A stretch of DNA of 64,000 nt from the NCBI GenBank assembly GCA_050084515.1, contig CM114271.1, positions 32,364,001-32,428,000 on the forward strand, in the 5' to 3' direction. Positions within the stretch are counted from its first letter, which is position 1, and the number at the start of each line of letters is the position of its first letter. Shown piece after piece: positions 37,907 through 52,090 of this stretch. Position numbers and translations under genes: made by a program. The stretch is from Blasia pusilla. Its lineage: Eukaryota. The notes beneath the pieces are model-generated. The model did no database searches and was not told where the DNA came from. It saw only the letters and a list, made by a program, of their open reading frames with translations.

Positions 37907-39807
37907 ATGGTGCACGAGGAGAAGAAAGTGGCCGTCTTAGGTACCTATGGACTGGTCGGGCAATGGCTAGTCCGGAAATTGCTTGAGCGAGGATACGTCG
38001 TGCACTCCGCCATCGGCGGCTCTCCCAGTAAGCTCTTCGTCCTCTGTGTCTGTTTCTGGAATACGCGTTTACTTGTGTTTTCTCCCACCGCTGCAAACGC
38101 TGCGTCTAAAGATTTCATACCGAATCTCGGGATTCTAAGATTATAATTAGCAAGTCTTCACAACCATCACCGGAAACTGGTTCATGAAGTAAGGGGAAGG
38201 CTAACACCTTCAGGATTCGTCGCTACTGTTCCACTGAAGGATGTTGAAGGTGCATAGCAACGATGTGAGACATACCTTGACGATATGTCTCACATCGTGC
38301 CAGGCCCTACTCTTCTGTGCGAATGTAGTTGTCTTTGCTCGAGTTTTCCTTCAAGGATGAATTTCCCATCGTTTGCTGGCCGTGTGGTGAATTCTTCTGG
38401 CAGTAACTCGGAAAGTGCAATTGACCGTCATCTAGATGTGGTCGAGATTGTGGACTAGCTGACGAGAAAAAAAAGTTTGCAGAACTTAGTAGTTTTTTTG
38501 TGGGGGTGCAGAGGAAGCGTCGGAAATGATGAAAATGCCGGGCGCTGAGAGGAGGTTGCATCTGTTCCTGAGGGATCTTCTGGACTACGCAAACATTGCC
38601 AACGTGATGGATGGATGCTCTGCGGTGTTTTTGACGATTTCCCCTTGCGATTTTCTCAACGGCCTACCAGACTATCCTGTGAGTCTCGAATCCTTGTCTT
38701 TCCTCGTAACTCTTTGCATAAAGAAGAGCTGAAGTCCAATGTATCCGTCTCGAAAATTGAGGACAGTGTTGAAGTATAGACTGAAAAATACCTGGACCAT
38801 GATCCAGGCTGAGGCCGTGGATGCAGAGGTGCGAGGAACTCTTAACGTCGTAGAAGCGTGTGCGAACACACCTTCAGTCAAGCGCCTTCTGATTACCTCT
38901 TCGGCGTCAGCGGTGGTGTTCGACACAACTGTGAGGGGCGACAAGTCCGTGGATGAGCGCAGCTGGAGCAATCTGGACTTCCTCCGGAAAAACAAAGTAA
39001 GATTACTTAGGATGTTTGGACGTCACGCGCACTGTCTTTTGGGCTAATTTTGACGGTGATGTTAAGTTCATCCCGTAGAGCATGAGGTTAACCGCTCATT
39101 GACAGTCTGCCGGTGTCGACAGATATGGTCGGCGTTGGCGAAAACAGTGGCGGAGAAAGCAGCCTGGTCATTGGCGCGCGATAGAGGGGTGGATCTCGTA
39201 GTCTTGAACCCAGCCATCGTCGTGGGTCCTAAGGCAAAATCCACTGGCCCCAACTCTATCTTCTCCCATTACTTAGGTAACTATAGACACCTTCAGTGGA
39301 TTTCAATGCACTTTCAATGCAGTGGATTTCCGAAGCAACCGGAAACTTGTTCTCGTGATCTCTATAGCGTATCCAGAAGCTAGCGCGTGGACTTGTGGCA
39401 CTCACGAAGCCCTTGGGATCGTTGTGGTGTCTGCAGAAGGACAGCACAGCGGAGTGCTGGCTTTCGCGCACGCTGATGCTGTGGCTGACGCTCACATCGT
39501 AGCGCTGGAAACCTCCGAGGCTAGAGGTCGCTATCTTTGCTTCGAGCGCTTGCTTAAAGATGATGAGGTGCTTCAATTCTTGAAGAGGTTCTACCCCAAT
39601 CAATCTGAATCCAGGTACGCAGATACATCAGCCTTGATGACGTCTTCCGGATTCTCAACTTCCGCAATACATCGTACCACCGCACAGCTTACACGTTGCC
39701 TCACTCACTGACAATCGTGGTACCGTGGCATTCTCAGGCTCCGAGAATCGTACACCCCAGTGTGCCTCGAGAACCAGAAACTTTTAAGACTTGGCGTGAG
39801 CTTCTGA
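37907..39807 (+). CDS. Cinnamoyl-CoA reductase-like NAD(P)-binding (extended SDR) protein, 292 aa
   Basis: Exons 37907-38027, 38512-38678, 38808-38996, 39123-39276, 39437-39614, 39738-39807; all GT-AG and in phase; GTLNVVEACANTPSVKRLLITSS, DERSWS, AEKAAW, GRYLC. Confidence 0.92.
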
Positions 39808-42800
39808 ACAAGATCTTCGACAGTGGCGTCTTCGTGAGTTTTTTTAATACAGAGAAGCTCAAAATCCTCGGAAGTTATTTCTCTCGAGCGCATGGAGTGA
39901 TGGAACACCTGTCTCATCGGCATTATGAGCACTTTGTATGTACAGTTAGTTTCAGGTCCGCTACCGTAAGTTGAAGTACAAACCGGCAGCAGCACCCAAA
40001 CTACGACTTGGACATAGATCAACTTGAAGTTATACATTGATAATCAGTCGATTTGAATATTGAATCCTGTATGGAGTCCGCCTCGGCAGTAGGTAGCGCA
40101 ATCCATCGACCTGGCAGAGTAGTTCAGAGTAATAGAAACAGATTGAGCAGCAGTGTTGCCAATTTTTATAAGACAGCCTCGCCTTGTCTTTTCCTCGGGA
40201 GTAATTTGTATGTAGAGAAGAGTCATTGTGATCATCCGGCCTCTTACCTCACCGCATGCGAATCATCAGCGGTTAAATGTACCCGAAAATCTCCCGAACT
40301 ACGAATTTCAACTCTGACGGGGTCATCGTCAATTTGGATATTCAGAGATGTAATTCTCACACGCGATGAAAAGTCGGAACGATTAAAGATTATACCAACC
40401 GCGCGGAAGTAAAAGAAAGTCTTTGATTACTTACTGTTTCTTCGGACTTTGCGCCTAATTTATGTCCCAAAAGTCCTGACTGAGTGCTTTCGGAGTATTC
40501 TCCTCAATTACCTTCACAATCTCTCCTTGGTGCTGAGCTCATAGAGTGCTTCTGGGTGAACATGAGTTGAAGTTTACCCGTGGCACTCCCAGATTCAACG
40601 TCTGATGGCATTAAAAGTTCGGAATAATATCGACTCTGAAATGTTGACGAGATTCGAATTGAGGTTGCGATATGAGCTGGGCCCATGTGGGACTCCCATG
40701 GACCTTTTCTTCTTTTCGTATCAAGGGGACATAGTCATTATGCGTCACCAGGTGACAGGGCCCGCAAGCTTTTGGCCCTTGCATTTTAAGACAGTTCTTT
40801 AGACATATGTAGTCCAGCATAAAAGTGAATTCATCAAAATTGAAGAAAAATTTCGAGTTCTTATCCAGCCCTGAGGAATGTCGGAGCTTTCCGCCACGTT
40901 GTACTTTCATGGACGAGAAGAATGCGAGGGAAGAGGGAATTGGTACCCACCAAGTAGTGCTTGAGCTGGCCTTGCGTCCTTCGACCTTACTCTCTAGTTG
41001 GACGGTGCTGGAGCTGTTGGAAGGATCGTGTACAGGAGGAGGACATTTTCACGTACTTAACAAACACTGTCACTGTGATCGCACGAATCTTCCACAAACC
41101 GACTGAAGAACTTCCTATAATACCAACTTTCTATCACAGGTGGGAATGATGATTGATTGGGCCCCCACTAGACGTCGCGTGCTAGCACCGGGTAATGAAT
41201 CGTGGGTTGTCTAAACCCGACGAACGGGTGTGGGACTACTAGCTTAGGTAGTACTTTCTGCGCACGTTGCGACTTTCTTTGTTGCGAGTTTCGCAGTCTG
41301 CCGAAGTGACCACGCAGCGACTGCAGGATTGAGGGGCGTTGAAGACGGTAGATTTGCACTCCGCGACAAATTTCTTGTTGTTGAATCCGTGACAGACAGT
41401 GTCAGCTCAACACTGGCCGCTCTTTTCTAGGGCTATCGTTTTATAGATTTGTGCGCGCGTCTCAGTTGGTAGCATGACAATCTCCTCAATCTGAAGTCGA
41501 AGTCATTGTTGACTCGCGATTCTCCTTCTTTCTTGGATGAGCGACAGAAAAGGCAAGCTAGAGGAACAAAGGATTCGAGAAGTAGCACTTCGAAGTTCGA
41601 AGTGGTCTCCTCTAAAATACCATGGCTTAAGGGATGAAACTACTTGCCGCCCCTACCCATTTTCCTACAGCAGAGCCGAGATAGAGCTGAGAATATGGAC
41701 GAACGAATGAACGGGATCTCCTGTCGATCCCGCTGAATCACTCCTGAAGTTACAAGGCATCCAGAGTCGCCGGTAGTCTATAGTATTTTATACCATACTG
41801 TCACCGGTGACGGGGCGTTGTCCAAACAAATAGAGCACCCGTTTCCAGGGTCGGGGAGTTTTTCCGTGACAACCGGTACATTTCCGGTCTCTACAAACCC
41901 GACCGGAAATTTTCGAAGTTTTCCTCATTCCAGCCGGCTAAACAGATATTAATACAAAGGACACCCTCCCTGAACCCTCGGTTTTTGGCCGGTAAGTGAC
42001 AACCTGAATCGAAATTTTCAAATTCTGCCGGCCAGCTCAACACGTAACCCCGGTTCTCCCCGGACATTGCCCGTTTGTACGAGAGGCCAGGTCGGCGCGT
42101 ATCACGGTGCAATGATTGCACTTTCCGCTGGTCTAAAGGTAAGGACAAGATCGTCAAGCACCTCGCAAACTGAAGGGTGGAAGGGCGTGTCCTCATGGAT
42201 ACCGCAACGAAAGGTCGCATAGTCCTATGCCCAGGGTCATGTACTTTTCCCGGCAAGTCTGATGGTATCGCAGGCGCTTTCACCGGCATCCAGGCAAGAT
42301 TTGTCGGCTTCCGATGTTTGAATTTTGTGAGGTATAGTATCTTAAACGAACCACTTCCATCCCTACTAACATAAACGAATCACTTCCATCCACTAACGAT
42401 GGAAACATTATCCTCCACTTCCTGGAGCATGTGCTTCAATGTGGAAGTTTCTCTCCTCACGCTTAGACCAGCACCACAAACACATTCTCTACGACGATTT
42501 TGCACATTCCAACCCATGGCAACAAATAAAGAATCCATTGAGTCCAATTGGAAAGGGGCAAACTTCCTCTCTCTCCCACAAACAAAGAGATTTTGAGAGC
42601 TAAATCAGCAAGAATCTCTCTCTCTTTGGCCAATTCTACGGTGGAGAAGTTCTACAATCCACCGTAAATTTTCCATTCTCCGGGCTAACTTTTCCGAGTT
42701 CTCGTCTCGGTCTCTCATCAAGCTTAACCTTCCTAGCTTCGTGGTTTACAACACAAGCAAGTCTTGAAAGACTTGGGACAGACTCTCTCGTCGGATCAGG

Positions 42801-43789
42801 AACCTCAAACGGCGTTTCATGCCTGGCGGTTCCAACTGTCCAATGGACATCCAATGAGTCCCTGACCGAGACTCACACAAAATGAATCACAGGTCGGAAT
42901 CCAAGTGTGACGTACAAAGTCCACTCCCTTGGATGAGGTTTGGGTTTCGAGTTCCGACGCCAAACTCCCGTTCCATCCCGTGCCCTTGAGACACCGTTTG
43001 GTGCTCAAAGTGGGGTTTGTGTTCCAAGAAATCTTGGAGAGACTCCCCCTTATTATTACTTCTGGGGATCTCCGGGGTTCCCCTAACTTTAGGGAAAGAG
43101 AGTCAGGCCCCTCAAATTGGCCCTCAACCCGATTGCTCTCACAATTATTTTTGGCCAATATCTCACCATGTACTTATGCATTTGCTGAGATATTTCATGC
43201 ATTGGAAGTGTCTCAAGATAAGCTTTCCAACACGTCTTTATTTGTTCCAAACTCATCTTGAAACTAAATGTTATGGTCCAAAACGCTAGTCGTGTTCCAA
43301 AACTGATTCTCACCTCTTTGGCAACCAACCTTCCAAGACTCAACTCATCTAAAGTCTTGGTTCGCGTTTGGTCTAAGTTTCCTGGTCGCAACCACTAACG
43401 CATGAAACGCACAACTTTGTTTTGCGTTTCGTCTCTTGGACTTTTCCAAGAGACCTTCCAAACGCCTCTCCAAAGCGCGATCATTGTAGCGTGATTCGAC
43501 TAGAGTTCCGATGTTCTGCTTGGCCCCTATTTGGTGTTCATTTGATTATGAGGGTCGTGACAGCTAATCTCCATCTCATTACGACTCTAGACTTATTGAT
43601 AATGTAAATTAGTCTGGAATCAAAGTGTACAAGATCATCGATACTAAGTTTTTTCAAAGTGAGTAGAAAGTTAGCTAGGTTTGATCCCAAAATTTGAGGA
43701 TCCTTTTAATGTGAACTGGCCTTTGATATATGTCACATCTTAGGGTTCTATTTCCTTGACGACATAGAGGGTTAGGCATGGTTGCACAA

Positions 43790-44075
43790 AAACGGACAAG
43801 TCCTTCCTTACGACAGACATGGACGGACAAGTTTGGACATATCCAAACTTCGTTCCAAGAGGTGGGACCCACACTTCTAGTCCATGATGGAAGACAAGGC
43901 AAGAATAAGAGGAGCAATGAGGGATGAGGGAGTGGAGGTAGAGGGAGGAAGAAATGGGGGAGTATGGAACACAAAGGCAAGTAAGGGGAATGAGAAAGGA
44001 GGAAAAGGTGGGGCCCATACGGACAAGTCCTTCCATAGGACGGACATAAGTCCATGGACACGGACTTTGTCCACA
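43790..44075. repeat. Clusters of GGAC(N)nGTCC mini-palindromes, possible DNA-transposon subterminal remnant
   Basis: ACGGACAAGTCCTTCC occurs near 43792 and 44019, each followed by further GGAC/GTCC motifs. Confidence 0.45.
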
Positions 44076-47000
44076 TGCAACCTTGGGATTCATGCGGTTG
44101 TTTGGGTATAACTTTGTCATGAGATGTCCAATGAGGTTGGAGACACTTCTATTGTGTCGAGACTGTCATTTGTGGCGATTTCTCTTGACTATTTTATTTA
44201 TGGGGTCCAATTTTTCTATCTACTTTACTATGTCTTGAGATGGTAGCCTCTAGACGACGATCGAATACCATATCGTGATGCCCATAGCCCCAACGCGCCG
44301 CACCGTCTTGATCGCAGAGCTGCACCATCATTAGGAGCAGAGTGTGTTTTTTTTCGGTTCAAGAGGGTATGCCGTTGAGTGCCGCAACCCATTCTCGAGT
44401 GTTGTGTGGTTTGTAGCCGTTTCGTGTGGCCAGTGTCGCACCGTACCGCTAGATCCGCACCGCACATCGAGGAGATTTGAGCATCCTCAATACCACGGGA
44501 GTACGACGTGCTATTTAGAGGAGTTTGTCTTCACAACCAAGTTGGGGTCGAGGTTTGCGGTTGTTGAAGAGAGATCGACATGTTGTCAAGTTACCCATTC
44601 TGGTCTTTTGCCCTGCATGTATTAGGGAATTCCGGCTATTGGGCACTTATTTGGGATATTGGGTTTCATGTAGATGTTACGAGCATGGTTGATGCATGGG
44701 TTTAGGGGACATAGACTTGTGTGGGATGTCTAGAGTTGAGGGTATGGTTTGTCGATGCAACGATAGATCAATAGCCGATTTTCCGCACCACGCCGGTCGT
44801 TGCCGTACGACACACGTCTCATTGAGAGAGTATAGATTGAATGTCGTATGTTTAGTTTGAGTGATTGAATGATTACTCCTGAGATTGAGAGTGATCATGT
44901 GAGAGGGGCACGAGGGTCATTACGGCGTCCTTTCGGTTCCTTGAGAGGCAAGGTGGTGGACGTGAGAGTAGCTCTGGAGATTTTACGCGGAGTGGCGTGA
45001 GGTTCGAGGTCTTCACGTGAGGAACCGCCCCCACCTCCTTCTATGTCATCTTCAGACAAGGGGGAGAGTTTAGAGGAGTGTGTTAGTGATTCACTGCACA
45101 CATGAGTGGTCCTACTAGTTGGACGTACGAGATGGACAATCGGGATAGAGGACCACATAGGTTTTCGGGTGTTATAGGCACTATAGAGTTACACGACTTT
45201 ATTCCAGAGCTTAGGATTTGGTGTGACTCACAACGGACTAGTAACTCTAGAGAGTTCAACCGGTTTACAACATGGAATGGAATGTTCCAGCATTTGGAGG
45301 GGGCGCCCATGGACGATTACTATGAGTTCTCCCATAGATATGCCTAGGAGATTGAGGCATGGAGACTCTACTATGACCCACACTATGTGTCATGGATGGA
45401 GTCATTCCCAGATGAGGAGGAGGAGTCAAGATAGGCTACTTCCTCTTCCATCAGTTATGTTTTAGGAGGGATAACTCAAACTTGAGCAATTGCATCATCT
45501 AATCAGGTTCGTCCTAGATTCAACCCCGTGGTTGAGTTCTTTGCGAAGTTGAGGGCGAGCTACCAGGGAGTATGGACTAAGAAGTTGCGGAGCATCCACA
45601 ACTTCTAGAAGCGCCCATGTGAGAGTTTGCGTAAGGCCTACACTCGCTTGCGCCAATTGATTAGCATCACTCACGGGATGATAGAGTCCCAGGCTATCCA
45701 ATAATGGTACGCAATGTTGGACTGAACCCTGCGAGCACGGGTGTGAGAGGGAGTGATTCTTATGAACACCTCACTTATGTTGAGAAATATTTTTAGGATC
45801 GCCGAGAACAATGAGCGCAATATGGAAAAGGAGAGCATAGCCACCATGGGTTCTAGGCAAGAGTAGTCACAATTGCCTCCACCACCAATGCAACAACGTG
45901 GATTTTGAGATAGGTTTGTGGCATCACAAGCTCAAGGAGGATACCGGGAGGCCGTGCCACATACACTTGTGTCTTCATATGCGGCTCAACAGCAACGGCC
46001 TGCGATTATTTGTTAGGCATATGGTGGAGTCCATCACCAGTGCGATTGCACTTGTCAGGATCATGGACGCGTGCCTCAACATGGAGGAGGAGATGGTGCT
46101 ACACCACGAGTTTATCACAATGACTATTGTCAGAGGTACAATCACAAGATGCGCCCTGAGTTTTAGCCTACATCCTGAAGTACATCCGGACCCAGGGCAA
46201 GTTGCCGGTCTGGGTGGGCCTAGAGGTCATGCATCAAGTGGTCCCGTTGAGAATCCTGGCTGGATGTGCGCGACTATCCATTTGGAGGCAGTCGTACTTG
46301 TTACACGTGGAGCCGTTGCAAAGTTGGATCCACATAGAGGGGAAGCCAGGAAACAAACGAGGCTTCCTCAGTCTTTCACATTGTCCAAGGCAATAAGGAC
46401 CCCATCGATGGGTCTTGATGAGAGTTTCCGGAGAGTTGATGTTGTTGGTGTGCAGGCACGGAGGGCGATGGGAGAAGCAAGTACAACGACTCCTATTTCT
46501 AATGCTCGGGAGGAGCATGTGTCAAGCACGATGTTGGGGGATGCCACGATGGTGTACTGTGCTCCTTTGTTTTCTGCTTCCAATGTTATGATGTTGGGAG
46601 GTACGCCCGCCGAGGTTTTCCGGCCGGCCGCTACGCTATGTGAGCGTGGAGATGGTATTCTTGCATCATGTTTAGAGGTGATTATAGAGGAGGTGATGGA
46701 CCTGCCTTTGGAGCCCATGCTCGGGCTGTCCCCCTCATATTCATGGTAGCTACGGCTGCTAGGATGGCGGAGATGCCCGCTAGACCCGCGATAGAGAGTG
46801 CCATGGTTGCTCTAGGTGTTTTATTGTTGGATAACTGGGGGGAGATCTTCCATTTGGTGAGTCCTGAAGGTAGATTGTTTTGTCCGCAACGTGTCTTGTT
46901 AGATTCACGAGCGCAACCCTTGATGTAGGGGAAGGCGGCATTTATATGTTTGGGCCTGATAGGGGCCGATGTGGAGTGTTGTCCATTCAGGATACAAACA

Positions 47001-47090
47001 TCCTTGGGTGGAGCGAGTACCATTTAATTTATCATCCGATAGGAAGTCGTGGTGAGGATTCGCCCAGGACATCCTTTAGATGAGTCACAC

Positions 47091-47660
47091 TATAACTCAT
47101 CTAGGACTTCCTCCATCTTTCTCATGTTGGGCCTTAAGAGCACCTCTCTTGCATGTTTGTGTATGTGTGTAGGAACTAGGGTGCTAGCGTTTAGGGATTC
47201 CATCATAGCTGAGGATGGATGTGGCTCGATATGCCAATGTAGATTCAGGAGTGGAGTCAAGTGATCTTTTTATTTATGGAGTCCAATTTTTCTATCTACT
47301 TTACTATGTTTTGAGGTGGTACCCTCTAGATGACGATCAAATACCATATCGTGACGCCCGTAGCCGCAACGCGCCGTTGATTGCCGCTCATGCCGCTCGT
47401 CGCCGCACCTGCAGCCCTATTGTCTTGAACACTGTTGCTTCCTCTCCAACTCCGATCGCAGTCGCAGTCAACTAAGATACCATGATTCCGTCCTTGTCTG
47501 TCCATTGACCCAGTTCTATCCACAAGCCTTCCGTCATCAGTCGCCATTGCTGAGTGGACGGTCCAGAGTGATGATTGTTGCATTTGTGATTGTGCCACCA
47601 CCACCTATGCGTTTGGCCGCCGCTGACATATTTTCATCATCGATCATCGCGCACGGGATG
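47091..47660. other. ~570-bp insertion interrupting the protease region
   Basis: Reading breaks after RPGHPLDESH and resumes at RAKAIVTDTEFYDVLV; 47270-47375 duplicates 44196-44300. Confidence 0.65.
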
Positions 47661-48159
47661 TAGACGAGCCAAGGCGATTGTGACCGATACAGAGTTCTAC
47701 GATGTCTTGGTTGATGGAGCAATGTTATACCCGATAGGGTTTTCCCAAGATTACAAGGAGGAGTCAACATCCTAAAAATCAGGATGGTCGTCCGATCATG
47801 GACGACTTTGTTCACTATCCGTTTGATTCACACATGAAGTGATCCAACGACGGCCAAGAGAGATGGCGAAATTAGCAGCATGTAGCAGCGCCATCACGTG
47901 GCCTTCTGATTTGATTGAGGGGCATGTCCATGCAGAGGACACCCCCACACCTGACACTTCTAGGGAGGAGTGTTATGGTAGCCCCATCATTCCATGGAGG
48001 AGAGGTGACGTTGTGGGGCTCGAGTGAGGAGCTCTGACGTTTATTCGATGAGCATGTGCAGACGGCGTGGAGTCAAGCGTTTGCACCAAAGCGTGATGGG
48101 TCAAAGGAACCAGAGGTAGCCCATAGTGCTACTATGACCCCTTTGAACCCCACCCCGAT

Positions 48160-49100
48160 TGTGTGGTACATCCCACAGGAGGGTATTTGCGTGTTGGATC
48201 TCTTTGGAGGGATCACCACTGTCTTAGCTGCTATTTTGCATGCTCGAGTGCGCATGTAGCAATACCTACACATTGAGATTGATGATGTTGCGAGGTGCGC
48301 TTCACTTCACCATGTGGCACATTTACGCCTCCGATTTCCTAACTTGCTATTTGCATCCTATCGAGGGATATTTCATTGCTAGGGGCGTAGAACTAGGAGC
48401 GAGTAAGAACCATTGATTTGGTCATTGCTGGTTGGCCGTGTTAGGGCCAATCATGTGATGGATGAGGTTGCGGGTTGGCTGACACTCAATCTAGGTTGTT
48501 TTGGGAGATGATGTGGATCTTGCAACACTTGCAAAAGCATCAGTCCCGTTCTCCAACATACATTTTGGAGAATGTGACAATTTTGGGCAATTCAAGGTTC
48601 CGCATGGTGACGAGTGCACATCAGGTATGTGCATGGATTGGCCCGACAGTGTTGTTGGATGCGGCGAGTGTAAGTTCACGAGCACATTTCCCGCGTCTTT
48701 GGTGGACCAACTTGGTGCCACATGAGGTTTTGCGGAAAGCGTATGCAAGATTGGAGCGCCCCTCCCATTTGTTGTTGGATCCAAGTCGTGGATCACAGGC
48801 AGTATGGCACGCTGATCGACCTCCGTTGACTGTGGTCAATAGGATTGGCATGCCACGAGCGCCTTTCCCACATTGGTGAGTTTTTCCGCTTCCTATGTAT
48901 TCAAGGAGGCCGGACGTGCCTTGGTTTGCGATAACCATGTACAGCGGTTGGTGGAGCCTAACGCCGATGAGCGAGAGCAAGCGATGGGATTCCCCACAGC
49001 AGTGACGCAAGTACCATCACTATTAGCGGCATCACGACGTCATATCTTGGGTCAGGCGATGGACCTGAAGGACAAGACATGGAATTTCAGCTTAGGAGTT
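48160..49100 (+). pseudogene. C5 cytosine DNA methyltransferase domain
   Basis: Motifs I, IV, VI, VIII and X visible across frameshifted ORFs. Confidence 0.9.
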
Positions 49101-52090
49101 GCTAAGCACCATCACTTTGGATACGACAAATCAGAGGTATTGCATTGGTTAGCCCCATGCCTACCCAGACGATCGAGGTAGTGGCTAGGGAAGAGACCCA
49201 AGGAGATCGACACACCAGGGACGATCAAGAGAGACACCCTTGGACTTCTTGGGATATTTTGCAAGTATGCAAGGAGATGATAGCCACAACATTGAGAGTG
49301 GTTCTGGGTACTTCACGTGAAGGAGATTAGAGTTTGTAGTTGGCTACAGGGGAGGAACCGAGTTCTACTATCCAAGACGGGGTTGCATCATAGCAACCAC
49401 CAACATCCGCGCGAGAGAGTCCTACCGTAGTCACGATGGAGACTTGGGAGCCTAATATAGGCCCTAAGTTGACACGAGGAAAGCGGTGCCGGAGACATCA
49501 ATTCCTGAGGAGTTATAGGAGATGTTTTGCATTTTGTATGCATGATTTGGGTACAATGAAGGTCCAGGCATCTGTATTGAGTTGTCGAGTGACACACCAA
49601 TCTTTCGATGACCCTACAAGTACAGTGATATGGAGAGGGCTCTCATTCAGAGTAGGATCCAAGACTTGGTCAGAGGAGGACTAGTGGAGATGTCGTATGG
49701 AGAGTATGCATCTACTACTGTCATGTCAGCCATGGCATGGCAATTGGACGAATTGGCGGATGTGTGGAGATTACAGACCTATCAATCGGCATACGAAGTC
49801 CAATAGGTATGCCATGCCCACCCGTGAGGAGATTTTTGATGCTATTGGGCAGGAAAAGGTCTTCACTTTGTTAGATCTTTGAGCCGGATACCATCAGTTG
49901 CCTATCACATTGGACGACACACAAAAGATGACATTTTGGGGCATTGATCTGCACGGGAAGGATTGCTTGTACTAGTGGTGGTTCTTATCATTTGGGTTAA
50001 AGAACAGATGAGTTTCAAAGGGTCATGGATAGGATCTTGGCATATCTGGATTTTACTCGGTGTTATATTGATGACATCTTAGTCTTTAGTACCATGGTTG
50101 AGGAGCATGAGCGACATCTAGAGGAGGTGTTTCGACGATTGCCCATATGGCCTTGGTATGTAGCTGACAAAAGTAGAGGCTATTCCACGCATTCCACGCC
50201 CTACCCAAGCAAGTGCAAATTCTTGTATGACAAGATTGAGTACTTGGATCACACGATATACAGATGTGAGTCGAGTTCATGCATTCATGGGATTGGCGAA
50301 CTTCTCTCGAAGGTATGTCAACGGTTTCAGTTTCATTTCGAAGACGCTCACCTTGCTGACCAAGGTGGATTAGGAGTGGCACTGGGAGAATGAGCACGAG
50401 AGAGCATTCAAGTGCTCAAGGAAAAATTGACGTCCATGCCCATATTGAGGAGACCGAACAAGGGCCGTCATTTCCAATTGCATACAAATTGGAGCATGTT
50501 GGGGCTTGGAACCGTGCTTACCCAACATGACGATGAGGGTAGAGAGTTTGTAGTGGCTTACGTTAGTCGCTCGAAAAATGCTGCAGAGGCAAAGTGTAGC
50601 TCGTATGAGGGTGAGTGCTTGGCTGCAGTGTGGGTTGTCACACATTTTAGGTGTTATCTATTTGGAACCCGCTTTACCATTATTACTGATCATCAGCCAC
50701 TTAGGTGGTTGATGGAGTTTGACAAGCTTACAAGGAAGCTTGCAAGGTGGGCTCTATTGTTACACGAGTATGATTTTCAGGTAGTACATTGACATGGGAT
50801 GCTCAACTAGGATGCAGATGGTTTGAGCCATAACCCATGCTCGAGTTAGCGAGATGCAACTGGATCTCGTTGGCATGGTGAGAGTGATGAGGAGTTGATG
50901 CTAGGGTGGCACGTGTCATCCTATTTGGGCTTGTTGGCTATGGAGAGCCAGATTGTTGAGACTTCGATGGCGAGATCTGATGGAGAGTCCTTAGATCGAG
51001 AGGCTAGTGAGAAGACGACTGGTGGCCAAGCAGCAAGAAAAAAATTTGAATTTGTATGCATCATCATTAATCTATTCCTCTCACGGACTACGCGCTTACA
51101 TTAGTCTCTTCCCTTCACGGGCTATTCATTAACAAAAGCTCTTCAAACACTTCTTAATTTCATGTGCATAAATTTTTTACTAGTAATATATAAGCTTGCC
51201 CCTAAACAAACGGATTGGGAAGCTCACATAATTTCACTGAAGAAAATTTTTAAATGAACAAACAATGCGACTAAAAAATGCAACATGATGGATGTAGGGG
51301 TCTGTTGACCCTTTTGTAATCTTCATGGATACGCTCATCGTACCTATCCTTCTTCGGCTTGCTTTTCAAAGCTCTACGGGAGGGCGGGGCGGAGCTCCAC
51401 GGGATGGCGGCGGGGATGGGAAGGAGACTGATAGTGGGATGGAGGATGGAGGGGGGTCGTGTGTTGTATCAAAACGGAGATATCGACTTCCTCTACGTTT
51501 TGATCCGTAGCCTCAATCTTCTAGTGAAGTATTTTTCATTTTATTTTGCTTTGTAGATTTTTTTTGTTTTAGGGTTTCTCATGTAGGTATTAGGGTCCTC
51601 TTTGTTGTCTCGTTTTGTTGTAATGCTTTGAATGTTTCCAAGACAACTCATGTTGTTATTCCACACCACCCCTTTTCTTTTCTTTTCTTCTTTTTCTTTT
51701 CTTCTTCTTCTTTCTTTCTTTTTTCTTCGTCTTTTTTTTCTTTTTTTTAATGTCCTTATTCTGTAGCCACACACGTTTCTCATTCACGTTTGACCCATGT
51801 TTGTCTCCCTTATCCCACTCCATTCCCATCTATTCTTTCCATCTATTCTTTTTCCATATCACTAGTACCTCCATACTATCTCTATGTTATTTGGGGAAGG
51901 GGTTGGGCCATATGTCATAGGTGAATATGGTAGATGAGAGTTCATACTAGGGAGAGCATTTCCGTGGACGGGAAGAGAGTCGGTTATCATTAGGGCTAGT
52001 TCGAATGGGGGTTGTGGGGCGGGTTTTGGTGGGGTTTCTCTCTCGAGTTTGACGGAGGGGGTCATGTTCTCTTCTTGGTGAGAGGTGTCC

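Larger units (their letters stand above)
44190..51030 (+). mobile_element. Decayed Gypsy-like element: gag-PR-C5 DNMT-RT-RH, truncated before integrase
   Basis: RVLLDS, EGICVLDLFGGI, IDLVIAGWPC, YILENV, RLWWTNL, LGQAMD, CGDYRPIN, YIDDIL, TDHQPL. Confidence 0.92.

Noticed and set aside
42390-43562. Possible solo LTR ending GGGTCGTGACA
   Set aside because: No matching 5' terminus, TSD or second copy found.
51541-51783. Lys/Arg-rich ORF
   Set aside because: Translation of a T/C low-complexity tract.
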